A stretch of 64,000 bases of DNA from Octopus vulgaris. Lineage: Eukaryota. The notes below the pieces were generated by a model. It searched no databases. It worked only from the letters and a program-made list of their open reading frames with translations, and was not told where the DNA came from. The stretch lies in assembly GCA_951406725.2 (NCBI GenBank), contig OX597825.1, forward strand, positions 35,464,001 to 35,528,000, given 5' to 3'. Of this stretch, positions 1 to 18,042 are shown piece after piece (within the stretch, counting starts at the first letter, position 1; the number at the start of each line of letters is the position of its first letter). Position numbers and translations under genes: made by a program.

Positions 1-334
1 GGTAACAGTGGTTGTGTGTTGTGTTGTTTATGGCGATGGTGATGATGTTGTGGTGGTAGAGGCGATGGTGATAGTGTTAATGAGGTCTTTGACAGTGGTG
101 ATGGTGGTAGTAGAGATGGTGGAGTTGATTTTGTTGTTGCTGTTTGTGTGGTGGTGTAAAGAGGGTTGTGATGTTCATGTAATTGATAGGAGTTGTTGTT
201 GGTGGTGGTGGCGGAGATGGCGCAGCTGCTGCTACTCGTGTTGGTTGGGTGAAGTGATAACGATGATGTTTTGTGCAACGTAGCTTTTGAAGTTCGGAAT
301 TTGAACAACTTTACAACACACACACACACACAGT

Positions 335-401
<67 letters not shown>

Positions 402-699
402 ATGTGTGTGTGTGTGTCTGTAAAGTTAATCCAAACATGAAAACATAAAGAGAAAACACAACAACGCGCGAACGTTGAACAAGTATAGTGTTATTGGACG
501 CTCAGGAAAGGAAAGAAGGAGGATTTAACGTTTCAGGCGGAGCTCTTCTTCAAAAACATACAAAAACGAAATGTCCAAGGAAGGGAAGACGGAAAAAGAA
601 AATCGCAAACGATACACACGCGGTCATATATATATATATATATTACGGGGATGTACTTGCATAGAAAGTGACCTGATCTGAGATCGTGTGCTGAAACAA

Positions 700-987
700 A
701 AACGATTGCGGTGAGGAAGGTGTTATAAGCCATTTAAAAACATACACAAACCGTTAGATTCACTTCAACATTTAAATTTGATTTGCCAAAATATTTTCGT
801 CGCTTTGAGACCGTGACATGTTCACTGACAAAATTCCCTGCTGCATCACGGAATTTTGTCAGTGAAAAGGTCGCGGTCTCAAAGTGACGAAAATATTTTG
901 GCAAATTGAATTTAAATGTTGAAGTGAATCTAACGATTTTTGTGATTTTAGATGGCTTATAAACACCCTTCCATGCTGCAATTGTTT
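700..987. repeat. Inverted repeat (~138 bp arms, 12 nt loop)
   Basis: 700-837 pairs with 850-987, e.g. CGTTAGATTCACTTCAACATTTAAATT / AATTTAAATGTTGAAGTGAATCTAACG. Confidence 0.9.
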
Positions 988-1484
988 ATAGATTTATATA
1001 TATCACTCCTACCTGCATTCTCCCTTCTCCCTCTCCCTTCATCGTAACCCCACCCTCTTACACCCACTCCTACATACCCCACCACGCACACACTAGTACT
1101 GACCACTTCCCAGTCCCACACCATCATCTACACACCTACAGATACACACAAGCACACGTCAAGGTCACCAGCCCTCTTCCACAAGCACATACATGCTTTC
1201 TTATACACACGTACGCGCACCTTCGTTTTGGGATCACCACTACTTTATTATCTCCCCTTCTTCCTAGCTCTCCCGTATGACCCCTCTTTCCGGCATTCGC
1301 CATGATAGATTGCGAGCCACTACACATTCTTTATTTTCTCTCTTTGTTTCTTTCTGTGTTCCTCTCTATAGAAGAGCATAGGCTCGAAACGTTAAAGACT
1401 TTTTCACTTCCCGAGCGTTAAACCAATACATCTGTTTGTTGTCTACGCCTTTTTTGTGAATTCTCCCTATATATGTGTGCGTGC

Positions 1485-1534
<50 letters not shown>

Positions 1535-1537
1535 AAG

Positions 1538-1618
<81 letters not shown>

Positions 1619-1974
1619 TTATCTATTCAGCAAGGATAACCTACAAAGCTTTGTAGTATGAGTATCTATAAGCACATTTTCTTTAGGATTTTTAAAATAT
1701 GAAAAAATAGAACTTATAGAAATAGTTTGGAATTAATTTAGGAAATATCTATTCAGGCTATAATAAATATTTTAAGTTACTTTCGAGATTATAAGAAAAT
1801 GATTGAGAGGCAAGAATTTCTTTTAAGTCTTCCAAGTTGATACTTTGAATTTCATTTTTTCCCCTCTTTTACTAGATTTGGCTTGCTAAAACAAGAGAAC
1901 GCTGAATATTGTTAGGCGTTTCCTCCACGATCTCGGGGTTGTGGTTTCGATTCTCGGATTCAACTGATTCAAAA

Positions 1975-2037
<63 letters not shown>

Positions 2038-2515
2038 GAGTGAGAGAGCAGTGCATGCCATCAAAGTGACACTGGGGTAAAATATACGAAGCTCAGTATA
2101 CCCATAATGACTACCCGTCTAATAAGGGTACACTAGGCACATGCATCACAACCATATGTGCGCGACATGGTGATCTCATATCAAGATAAACAGCACATGA
2201 CCTTGCAAGTGGGGCCCAGTTAGAATTTTCTTCTGGTCGAGTAATCCATCCCGCTCAGAAGGTACCTGAATAAGGGTTGTTTAAGGATGTTGAACGAAAC
2301 ACCTATGTTTCCAAAGTGAATTATTCAAACCTCAAAGAATCCCTCTCAACACATGGCTATGATGCTCCCCCACTACTTCTGCTCTTGATCAGCGATGCAC
2401 CTATCGTCAGCCACTAAGGGACATGCTCAACTGGTTAAGGTCAAACAACTGACAAGCAAATCTGTGGTATTGAGAAGAATATTTGCTGTAGCCCATCTTT
2501 TATACCAAGACAAAA
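2038..2515 (-). mobile_element. ~480 bp interspersed repeat embedded in (TAA)n
   Basis: Complex sequence sharply bounded by (TTA)n on both sides. Strand and family are inferred (possibly a non-coding part of a TAA-targeting retroelement). Confidence 0.5.
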
Positions 2516-2599
<84 letters not shown>

Positions 2600-2626
2600 C
2601 AAAATAAGCTGTGAGTTTTCATGTAA

Positions 2627-2705
<79 letters not shown>
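2516..2705. repeat. Compound (TTA)n(GTA)n - spacer - (CTA)n microsatellite
   Basis: Read directly from the sequence. Confidence 0.95.
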
Positions 2706-2706
<1 letters not shown>

Positions 2707-3235
2707 CATCCTCAGTTGCTCTTTCATTTCCTTTTCCATTATCTCATTGAACTCAAGTACACCAAGGTATTTGTATCCTTCCGTTTCAATTTGCTTAATC
2801 AAGTCTCTATTCGGTAATTCTATCCCTGCTAGGGACTGTATCTTACTCATTTTTAGGTAGCTTATTCCGCACTTCTTAAATCCAAATTTCATTCTAATAT
2901 CAGTACTAAAACAGTGGACCGTGTTCACCAAGGAACTCACTTCTATCTCATCTTTGCCATAGAGTTTCAAATCATCCATGCAGAGGAGGTGGTTGATTAT
3001 TTAGGGATTTTCCCTTTAGCTGATCTCCCAGCTTCATTTTCTTGAGTACCAAGAGGTGTCATGGGGTATCATGGGATATCATGCAGAGAACATAAAGCAA
3101 CGGAGATAGGCTATCACCCTGGAAAATCCTTCTTCTGATACCCAGGGTGCCCAAGCTTTTTTCGTAAGATGTCAGTTCAATTTTCCATCCCACCATACTT
3201 TTCTTCAGGAAACACGTTACATTCATTGCAGTATT
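2704..3235 (-). pseudogene. R4/Dong-like non-LTR retrotransposon reverse transcriptase fragment
   Basis: Minus strand RRIFQGDSLSPLLYVLCMI, NHLLCMDDLKLY, FG.KKC and YKYLGVLE are RT motifs typical of restriction-like-endonuclease LINEs; frameshifted. Confidence 0.8.
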
Positions 3236-3309
3236 GTAAACTGGTATGATTTACTAAAGGGTAGATCAGGTTGAGCTTCAAGTTATAACATAATAAACTA
3301 CACATCATA

Positions 3310-3900
<591 letters not shown>

Positions 3901-4312
3901 AAGGCGGTGAGCTGGCAGAATTGTTAGCATGCCGAGCAAAATGCTTTGCGGTATTTCCTCCATCTTTATGTTCTGAGTTCAAATTTGCCTTACATCCTAT
4001 ATGGGTCGATAAAATAAGTACCAGTTGAGTACTGGGGCCGATGTAATCGACTTAACCCTCCCCCAAACTTGCTGGCCTTGAGCCAATATTTGAAACCAAG
4101 GCAGCGAGAAGGCAGAATCGTTAGCGAGCCGAGCAAATTACTTAGCGGCATTTCGTCCGTCCTTACATCCTGAGTTCAAATTCCGCCGATGCCAACTTTG
4201 CCTTTCATCCTTTCAGGATCGATGAAATAAGAACCATTGAAACACTGGGGTCGATGTAATCGAGTAGTCTCCTCCCGCTAAATTTCAAGGTTGTGCCTGT
4301 AGTAGAAAGGAT
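3901..4312 (+). mobile_element. Two tandem tRNA-derived SINEs (family A) flanked by (ATT)n
   Basis: AAGGCGGTGAGCTGGCAGAA...CTGAGTTCAAAT (B box)...GCCTTTCATCCTTTC.GGGTCGATAAAATAAGTACCAG...GTCGATGTAATCGA occurs twice (3901-4097 and 4098-4312). Confidence 0.85.
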
Positions 4313-4969
4313 TATTATTATTAATACTGTGTGAGAAAGCTTTAGTTCCACTGTGCGACCCCTTGGGTAAGTGTCTTCTACAATAACACGAAACTGACCA
4401 GTTATTATAATAAATAAAAAGATAAAAGAATGCTAAGTTTATAATACTGTTAATTATATCAAACAGATTGTTGTGTAAACAAATGTACTAATCTATTAAT
4501 AACTTCTTATCTATTATATAAACGAGAAACAGTTAACTTCGAATAAATCATTACAGCATAACCAATTGGTTTTCACGTTTGGGATTTGATCTGTATTTAT
4601 TTTGTGACGTCACGGTATCGTAAACTGGTGTGATTTACTAAAGGGTGGATCATGTTGCGCTTCAAGTTATAAGGTGATAAACTACACATCACACTCTCAC
4701 AATCACACATCTTGCGCACACACACACACAACCTTATAAATGAATATTTAGACACAAACACAAGTATTCATTATATAGAACCCAAACACACAAATATACG
4801 TTCACATATATACACACAAACACACGCATCCATACGTACATACATGCATGCATGCTTGTACGCATACATACATACATGCTTACATACATATACAGACATA
4901 ACCGGCAAAATGTGTATTATAGATTAAGATACAGAAGTTATGACCCAAACAGCTAAATCAGCCCATACA

Positions 4970-4974
4970 GACAC

Positions 4975-5027
<53 letters not shown>

Positions 5028-5271
5028 TGCACACACACGCGCACGTATACACACACATGTATACGCACACACACAATCACTGATACACATAATGCAAGCT
5101 AATAACTTACCCTTCAGCAATTAACTGTAGCTGTTAATTACTATTTACTCTGACATGTGTACGTATGGGCATAGACATGGTATGTGTATGTGTGCGTGCG
5201 TGTGTGTGCGTGCGTACGTGTGTGTGTATGTATGTGCGTATGTCTGTGTGTAGCAGTTTGTATCCACATAC

Positions 5272-5313
<42 letters not shown>

Positions 5314-5514
5314 ACAATTATTCATACATTCACACATACATACATACATACGTACAAGTATATGTGTGTGTGTTTGTACATATATATATATATCCAAATA
5401 TATAAATATGTATATTTGCATGCATGTATAACTCCTAAAAAATATAACGTATTGCATTACACACATACGCATATCTGTATATATATATATATATATATAT
5501 ATAGTCAGACGGAC

Positions 5515-5567
<53 letters not shown>

Positions 5568-5654
5568 CATACATACATACATACATACATACATACATAC
5601 ATACATACATACATACTTACATACATACATGCATACATACATATATAAATACAC

Positions 5655-5692
<38 letters not shown>
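4970..5692. repeat. Compound microsatellite field (CA, TA, TG, AGAT, ACAT)
   Basis: Direct reading. Similar fields at 317-418, 1470-1614, 8949-9065, 9240-9300, 11442-11540, 12245-12805, 30470-31100, 31310-31500, 38600-38795 and 39290-39440. Confidence 0.95.
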
Positions 5693-5693
<1 letters not shown>

Positions 5694-5699
5694 TATAAA

Positions 5700-6740
5700 G
5701 GAAGTTTACCCTAAAATGCGACTGGAAGTTTGAAAACGCTGTCAAAATGTGAAGGCAGTTGGAGATGGAGTTTCAAAAGGATCCGCTTATGCGATTTACC
5801 AACATTCGAATAAGAGATAAGCTTAAAGCAGACGTATCTGTTTAGAATGTCCACAAGAAAAGTTACGGAAAACTGCGAACTTCTACGAGTCACACAATAC
5901 AAAATGTGTACTAGACACGTATTATGAAAGTTCAAGAAAATTTATGCAGCAAGCGAGTCGTAAGATAGGGATTTCAAAATCGAGCGCTGTCATTGGAAAA
6001 GTTACGTTACAAGAATTGTCTTTGCTCTTAATGATGGTGACCCAGACCAAAGAGTGGAGTTTTGCAAGAGGTACTTGGCAAGATGTGGAGAAGATGCTCA
6101 CTTACTAACAGAAGTTGTTTGGAGTGATGAGGCTACGTTTAAATGAAAAAGCCCAATTAACCATCATAATTACATCTTACTGAAGACTTGAGAATCCGGA
6201 TATTATGGAGGAACATCATGTTAATTTACCAGGAGTTACAGAAAGCTTATCATCAAAAGGATTAATTCGATCATTTTTTTTTTATGGAACTTTAAATGGT
6301 GTCAATCGCTTGAGCTTGCGGCGACAATTTATCGTTCAAGCAGTCAAGCGGATTTAGAAATAATAGAGCTTTATTTACAGCAAGATAGGATAACCCCGAC
6401 ACTACCACAGTAATGTGAGGGCCTACCAGGGTGAGATTTTGGCAAGCAGGTGGAATGATTGAAGAGGATCAGTACAAAACCCTCTGCATTCCCCAGACCT
6501 CATGGCACTAGAGTTTTTAAGAAAAACCGGTAACGGATAAGGTATTGCAGATAGGTATTGAATGAGAATGTGCACTAATATCGAACGAAATATTGATGCT
6601 TGCGATCCTATTGCTTTGCATTATTAGCGGTGCCTGAACCAGAACGGTTATCAGCTTGATCACAGATGTTCTTAGAATAATTGAATTTTATCTGCAGAGT
6701 CTGTTAAATTTTTAAAATGAAAGGTATTTTAATAAACACT
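5700..6740 (+). pseudogene. Degenerate Tc1/mariner-superfamily transposase
   Basis: VWSDEATFK (~6117), YLQQD (~6372) and PLHSPDL (~6481; WP.SPDL-like) in broken frames. Confidence 0.7.
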
Positions 6741-6822
6741 GACTTAATAATCATTCAATTCATTCAATGTAAGTACGCATACATACATACATACATACAT
6801 ACAAACATACATACATACATAC

Positions 6823-6876
<54 letters not shown>

Positions 6877-6927
6877 GCATATATATATATGTGTGTGTCT
6901 GTGTGTATATATATGTGTGTGTATATA

Positions 6928-7410
<483 letters not shown>

Positions 7411-7660
7411 GTTGCATCTTGCAACCTTTTCAATAGTCTTGAAGTCAAGACTATTGAAAAGATTGCAAGATGCAACGAAAATTTTAGAAAATAAAAATAA
7501 GAAATAAGTGGAAATTTTACCGGTGAGTGTGTTAAATAATAAGGCACTAAAAGAGAATGACTCTCCCCTGACACAACCGAATATGCTTGAACACACGAAC
7601 TCATATAAAGAATCTTGCAAACCAAATCCCAAAAACGAAATATATATACATACATATATG

Positions 7661-7762
<102 letters not shown>

Positions 7763-8007
7763 TGTATGTATATATATTTCGTTTTTAGGATTTGGTTTGC
7801 AAGATTCTTTATATGAGTTCGTGTGTTCAAGCATATTCGGTTGTGTCAGGGGAGAGTCATTCTCTTTTAGTGCCTTATTATTTAACACACTCACCGAGTA
7901 AAATTTCCACTTATTTCTTATTTTTATTTTCTAAAATTTTCGTTGCATCTTGCAATCTTTTCAATAGTCTTGACTTCAAGACTATTGAAAAGGTTGCAAG
8001 ATGCAAC

Positions 8008-8049
<42 letters not shown>

Positions 8050-8376
8050 GGGTAAAGACCCCCTTCGGTCATGAATGACCATGGGATTGCACCTAGAAAG
8101 TTACCCTCCTAGACACAAGTCCGGGCAAGGTTGTTTTTATGGAAGACCAGCAGTCGGCCATGCATACCAGCCTCCCTCCCACGCCACCAGTGTTATCCAA
8201 GGAAAAGACAAAGGTCGATACAGCTTGGCACCAGTGACGTCACAACTCATTTCTACAGCTGAGTGAACTGGAGCAACATGAAATAAAGTGCCTTGCTCAA
8301 GAACACAACACGCAGCCATTCAGGATTTGAGCTCACAACCTCACGATCGTAAGCTCGACGCTCTAACCACTGAGCC

Positions 8377-8378
<2 letters not shown>
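8050..8378 (-). mobile_element. tRNA-derived SINE (family C), mirror copy within the palindrome
   Basis: Reverse complement of 7028-7363 with a few differences. Confidence 0.85.
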
Positions 8379-8471
<93 letters not shown>

Positions 8472-8518
8472 CACACACATATATATACACACACACACAC
8501 ACACATATATATATATGC

Positions 8519-8560
<42 letters not shown>

Positions 8561-8946
8561 GTATGTATGTATGTATGTATGTATGTATGTATGTATGTCT
8601 AGAGATAATGATGCAAATAAACAAATAAAATGGCAGAGGATTAGATGTATGAAATTTACATGCATATACACATGTAAACAGAGAAAAAACAAAGTTTGAA
8701 AATGTTAAGACGATGTTCATTCATGTATAAATACATAGATATTTATATATTAACAGACCAGACTTACACAGTAAAAAGGCACAGAAAATTAAGGGGAAGA
8801 ATTATGGTATTACACTAGGTAGATCTAATTGATTTGATTGTACCAAATGACGTTTAGCTTAAATTTTAGCCCGAGGTTTCATATCAAATTCCATGATGTT
8901 CGTTTCAAATTCCCGTATTACAGAGTATCAGCTGAATACATGCATT

Positions 8947-9023
<77 letters not shown>

Positions 9024-9235
9024 GCACACACACACACGTACACACACACACGTACACATACACATGACCTGCACACACATATAAAGTCTAAGAATGGAGG
9101 TGATGGCGTTACATTTATTCCCTTGTTACGATCGTTTCAACAATACATGAATCAGATATATTATTGTTGTGGCGAGTATCACGACACGCCCAGCGAGAAT
9201 AGACTTGACCGAACGACTATAAATATTAGCGGTCT

Positions 9236-9302
<67 letters not shown>

Positions 9303-9436
9303 AGTGTTAATCGCATGAAGTCGTAAGGTGACGTTTTGGTAGTTTGTCGGAATGTCGTTTGTTGGTTTGTGGAGACTTTGTTGGATTGTTATATATGTTT
9401 ATTGTTATTACTCAAGTGTGTAGTCTAAACAAGTAT

Positions 9437-11255
9437 CGTCGGACAACCAAAAACATTTTTGTCATGCTATTTAAACTTTTTCAACTGATTTAGGGTAATT
9501 TTAGGGTGCTGAATCCGAATCTGACATCAGTTTGCAAACAGCACGTTTAGTTTTTTTTTATTATTCACAGCATCAGATTTTCCAACCAATTGATAATATT
9601 GACAAAGCAGTATTCTATTTGCTTTCGATTTTCATCATATACTCATCAGTGGAACAAAAATAAGTGCTCATAGAGGGGAAATCTAGGCTACCTGTTCAAT
9701 TGCCACACAAGATGAAAACTTATTTTACTTTGCTATTGCTGTAATTATAGTAAAGTACTCCTCACAGTAGGCTATTGATATTAGGTAATTGATATTAGCC
9801 ATTGAGACTACTTTTTCTTGATAACTGCTAGTGCTGTTAAAACAAAGTACATCAAATAAAGAGAGCCGAGTTATATGAAAAGTAGTTTAGTAGTAAGTTT
9901 AGTTATTTATTAAAGTGATCAATGAAATTTAGAGATGGAAAAAATTGTTTAGTGATAGCCATATCTTCAGTACATTCTATAATAATTTCAATGATTTTTT
10001 GAGAAATATATTTTGATGTTTTAAAGTAACATTTACAGTTGATTAATTTTATGTTTTAGATTACTGATAGGCTTCCTTGAGTGTTGATTTAGGTTATTAC
10101 TGTATGTATTTATGATGAGCGGAAAAGTTTGTGTTAATCACCCGGACACCTATTGTTACGTGTGTGGAAAATTTAAACCAAAAGATCAGAGAAATAAGCT
10201 TACAAAGAAATTTTTAAATGCTTACAAGCTTTGCTTTTGGTGCAAAGTTGGGGACCAAGATAAACTGTGGGCGCCTCATGTTTGTTGCTAAAACTTCTAC
10301 ATAGCACTAACCCAATGGCTGAATGGTAAACGGAAAAGTATGCCATTTGCAGTACCAATCATATGGCGCGAACCAACAAACCACTATACCGATTGTTATT
10401 TCTGCTTAACTAACATCACAGGTTTCTCTTAGAAGAACAAATCCAAGATTATTTAACCAGATTGCCCTTCAGCTTTAAAACCAGTTGCTCATGCTGTTGA
10501 AAATATTCCAATTCCAGAACCTTCTTCATCTTTTGACAAAGATAGTTTAAGTGAAGGAAGTATTGCATCTACTTCCATTGAAGGCGTGCCGAGTGATACA
10601 GCAGATCACTGTGATGAACCAGGATCTTCATAAAAAGTTCCACATTTATTAAGTCAACTTGAGTTAAATGATTTAGTTTAACAGAAGAAAAGTCAGAACT
10701 ACTGGACTCCAGGTTGAAACAATGGAATCGTTTGCACGATGGTGTAAAATGCTCTTATTTTCGAAAACAGCATACAGAATTGCATGAATTTTTTGCGGAG
10801 AAAATCGGTATTTGTTTTTGATGAGAATGGTGAACGATTTCATAAAGAAATCAAAGAGCTAGAAAGCTGCTACAATGGCAGAAAAAACATGCTGATGGAC
10901 TATTGCTGCTTTTTAAAACGAGAAACGGACGCCATGGCTATCTTTGAAAAACATAAAATTGATAATATTGACTTTACACTTTTGTTTAGTGTTTTATTGG
11001 TTTTAGACCAACTTGTCCACCTAGTTGTTATTGTTCTTATACCAAATAACGGTAATTTGCGCTTAACGTAACATTCATTTTATTTGTCATGAATTTTCAC
11101 ATTATTGTAATTTTGATAGCAGTATAATAATAATAATGATCGCACAAAAACGTGATGTACTGGAGCAAAAATGATTTCAGATTCGAAATCGGCGCTTCCA
11201 AATTACCTATGAGCACCATTTCGTCTAATAGTAGGAAACATTTTGTTGCCTAGTG
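9437..11255 (+). mobile_element. Chapaev3-like (CMC superfamily) DNA transposon, internally deleted
   Basis: Right end TTTTGTTGCCTAGTG (CAC...GTG type terminus); subterminal inverted match of 9491-9535 (TAGGGTAATTTTAGGGTGCTGAATCCGAATCTGACATCAGTTTGC) to 11165-11209. From 10112: CVNHPDTYCYVCG...GDQDKLWAPHVC...MPFAVPIIWREPTNHYTDCYFC...PSALKPVAH, joined to C-terminal DENGERFH..I..LE..Y.G...MLMDYC. Catalytic core missing; several stops. Superfamily assignment is from recalled motifs. Confidence 0.75.
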
Positions 11256-11435
11256 TAATTAGCAACGAGTAGCTACGTTACAATAATTATGAAGGTAAAT
11301 TACATGTGACCTATGTTCAGGCAAGGGTCAAAAGGCAATACATACATACATGCAACCACAGATACCTGCATACACACAGGCACACATACACGCAAGCATG
11401 CATATACATATAATATTTATATAATACATGAGACA

Positions 11436-11537
<102 letters not shown>

Positions 11538-12236
11538 CGAGAAAGAAAAAGAGCGAGTGAGTATATATAAATATATATTTGTATTTTGCACGGGTCATTC
11601 TATCAACAAAAGCAGCATAGTGGTTGCAGTTCATTGCTTAATTAAATCATCAGTAATTTGATTATTGATAGATTTGTCAAAACCTTTTGCTTCAAGGCTG
11701 TGACACTCTCAACTGGTTTTCATTAAGGAAACTACAGTTGTCTGGTCAAGCACTTCGATAAGCCAATTGATAATTAATGATAAAGAATGCATTACAATCA
11801 GCAAGTAAGTTTTTAATTACAGATTGACATTTGCATAGTTCAACAATACCTGTTATAGATTGCGATTTCACATAAAATATCTAATCACACACTTCCACAA
11901 ATGAAATATATAATATTAGTAACATGAATAAATTCTTCGTAGATATTAAAATTTTAGAACGGCGACATAAAACTACATAAAAACAGTATAGGCGAAAAGA
12001 TGCATGTAAAATATGAGACATTTATAGTACAGAAAAAGGAAAGAAATTTGGAGTACATAACTTTCACAAAAAAAAAGCAATTAAAGATTACACTGCGTAG
12101 AAAATTCTTATAAATTTTAATACTTTTTATTAAAATGTGGTTCTCAAACATCTTTTATTATTGGAGAATTCAACTTCGCATTTCAGTTAGAAAAACTAAT
12201 TTTAATTTTTATTTGATATAGTTAGAGTCTTTGTCT

Positions 12237-12283
<47 letters not shown>

Positions 12284-12515
12284 TTCTCTCTCTCCTATTC
12301 TGTCTCTCTTTCTCACTCATTCTCTCTCTCTTTTTCACTCTCTCTTGCATGCGCATGCTCTCTCTTGTTTCTTTTCAAATGTTTTCATTAAAATTAAGTT
12401 ATTACAAAATCCTATTTTGTGTTTATTGTTAGAAGACATACTATATTTTCCTTCAACTTCTTTCTCTTCGGTGTTTTCTCTCTACCTCTCACAAACTCCG
12501 TTTATATTGTTTCCC

Positions 12516-12547
<32 letters not shown>

Positions 12548-12675
12548 ATACATATATACATACATTCATACATGCATGTATGCATACATACATACATACA
12601 TACATACATACATGCACGCATGCATGCATGCATACATACATATATACATATATGCATACATATATACATATATAC

Positions 12676-12706
<31 letters not shown>

Positions 12707-12709
12707 CAT

Positions 12710-15725
<3,016 letters not shown>

Positions 15726-15734
15726 TATATTAGG

Positions 15735-17872
15735 TAGGGCTGCGGAATTTAAAGATTAAATAATCTATTAATCGTTAATTTATTTTAACGATTAATTTTT
15801 TTATTAATCGGTTTCAAATTTAATTTTCTACCTATCATTAGTAAATGTCCCGGAAGTCGGGCAGCAATAGCAACCACAGTAAAATGACGGTGGAGAAGAA
15901 TCGAGTTATGAAATATAGACCTATATCAGGTCGATTACACGAACATTTTGGATTTAAATTGTTGGCTGACGGTAATTTCAAAATTGCTGATAACGTTTAT
16001 TGCATCCATTGCGACAAATCGTTCGCATACCATCGATCTAACACATCGCTTACTTACCACATTCAAAACAAACACTCGCTATAGAATTCGAAACCTCAGC
16101 TCGCAATATCAGCTTCATTTAGTCGGTCTACAGCGGCGGTGTCATCTTCCTCCAAACAGACTACTTTGTGTCAGTTTTATCACCGGTCTGATCATCCGAT
16201 GAATGTTACCCTACAACATGACATTAAAACATCACTTGCGAACTGGATAGCTAATAATGGTAGACCAATATCGATAGTTGAAGATGATGGTCTTCAGCAA
16301 GTGTTGCGTACAGTGCTTCAAAATACCGAATATAAACTACCTTGCCGGCTCACAACTGATAAAATGTTGGCTGATATTTATAACAGCAAAAGAGAAAGTG
16401 TTTTAGAAGCAGTGAAAAATTCAAAGGCAATTGCGCGAACAATTTTTGGACATCCTTAGGTAATGAAAGTTATTTCGGAATCACCGGCCATTGGATTGCT
16501 GGTGAGTGAAATTTAATTAAGTGTTATTCTTGAATGTGTGCATGTTGCTGAACGTCACTATTCTAACAATGTTGCTGAGTTATATAAACAACTTGTAAAA
16601 GACTGGGATATAACAAAGAAGATTCAGGCTCTAGTTACAGACAATGCACGAAATTTGGTTTCAGCTGTTAATCAAACTGGTTTTGTTCATATTCCGTGTT
16701 TGGCTCACAGCCTGCAGTTGAGCATATTGCATGGGTTTAAAGCCGCAGATACAGAAACATCCTTTGTTAAATGTCAAAAAATCATAAGATATTTTAAACA
16801 TAGCTCTATCCACACAACTGAATTGCAGAATTGTAGTGATTCACTATTTCGTAAGCTACAGCAAGATGTTCTAACAAGATGGAACAGTACTTTTCTAATG
16901 CTAAAGAGAAGCAATAACCATCTACATGTCAGACGAAGAGAATATAAAGGTCCAAAATTGTTCGATTCTGATTGGGAAAAGATTTCAAAATACATCAACG
17001 TCTTAGACTTATTCTGTCAGGCTACGGTCCAGCTTGGCAGTGAAAAATATGCGTCGTGTAGCTGTGTATTGCCACTATTATTGTCTTTGACAAAGCACAT
17101 GATTGTAAATGATGATGATCCAGGTTATATAACAAGATTCAAGGTTGCATCTGTTAATAACTTCAGCAAATGTGTAGCTGACATGAAAAGTATTGAAATA
17201 TTACAGATTGCAAAAGCACTTGATCCACGATATAAAAACTTGAAGTGTTTATCAGATGATTCCCAAGAACAAACTTGGTTACTTATTGGACAGCAAATAG
17301 CAGTTGATGTTAATGATGATCGGTTGAAGACTAATGCACAAGATGATACTGACAGTGTCAGTAAAACTATATGCGAACCGAATGAAAAGCGTATTAAGCT
17401 GATGGAGTTTGACTCAGACTTAGAAGAGGAGGTCGAAAACGCTTCAGCGATATAAAATGGAGAAAAAAGTTGCTGAATCAGTTGATCCACTACAATGGTG
17501 GAAACTTAATGAACATCTATATCCGAAATTGGCAATTTTTGCCAAGACTGTTCTGTGCATAACAGCTACCTCGGTTCCGTGTGAAAGATTATTTAGCTTT
17601 GCTGGTTACATTGTTAACAAGACGCGCTCATCACTTGAACTAAATACTGTTAACATGCTTGTGTGTTTGCATAACTGGTTATCCAGCAACATTTGAGTAA
17701 GAAAGCGCCTATGCTATTTCTTGTTTTTAACTGAATCTTAATTAAAATATCATAAACATGTCAATAAATGCAACTGCAGACATTTTTGTGTTCTAATCGA
17801 AATTAACTATTAATTAATCGTTAATCTCTCTAAAGTTACTAATCAAAATTAAATTAATCGTTACCAGCCCTA
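15735..17872 (+). mobile_element. hAT (Ac/ZBED1-like) DNA transposon, near full length, inserted in a (TA)n tract
   Basis: Termini TAGGGCTG...CAGCCCTA with subterminal TTAATCGTTAA/TTAACGATTAA repeats at both ends; encloses a transposase pseudogene; (TA)n on both flanks. Confidence 0.92.
15845..17696 (+). pseudogene. ZBED1-like hAT transposase, disabled
   Basis: BED finger (HFGF...CIHCDKSF.Y..SNTSL.YH...KH), WIA...RPISIVEDDG, FWTS (frameshifted), VTDNARN, CLAHSLQL, RWNST, ALDPRYK and hATC dimerisation motif DPLQWWK...YPKLA...ATSVPCERLFS. Split over four ORFs by stops and frameshifts (16082, ~16440-16510, ~17453). Confidence 0.93.
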
Positions 17873-17940
<68 letters not shown>

Positions 17941-18042
17941 GTTTATCAATTCGTTTTGCAAGATTCCTGGTGTGAAATTGTGAAATCGAGTGTTGAAAAA
18001 GAATGGAGCAAGTGGAGGAAGAACACACACGGAAACAAAAGG

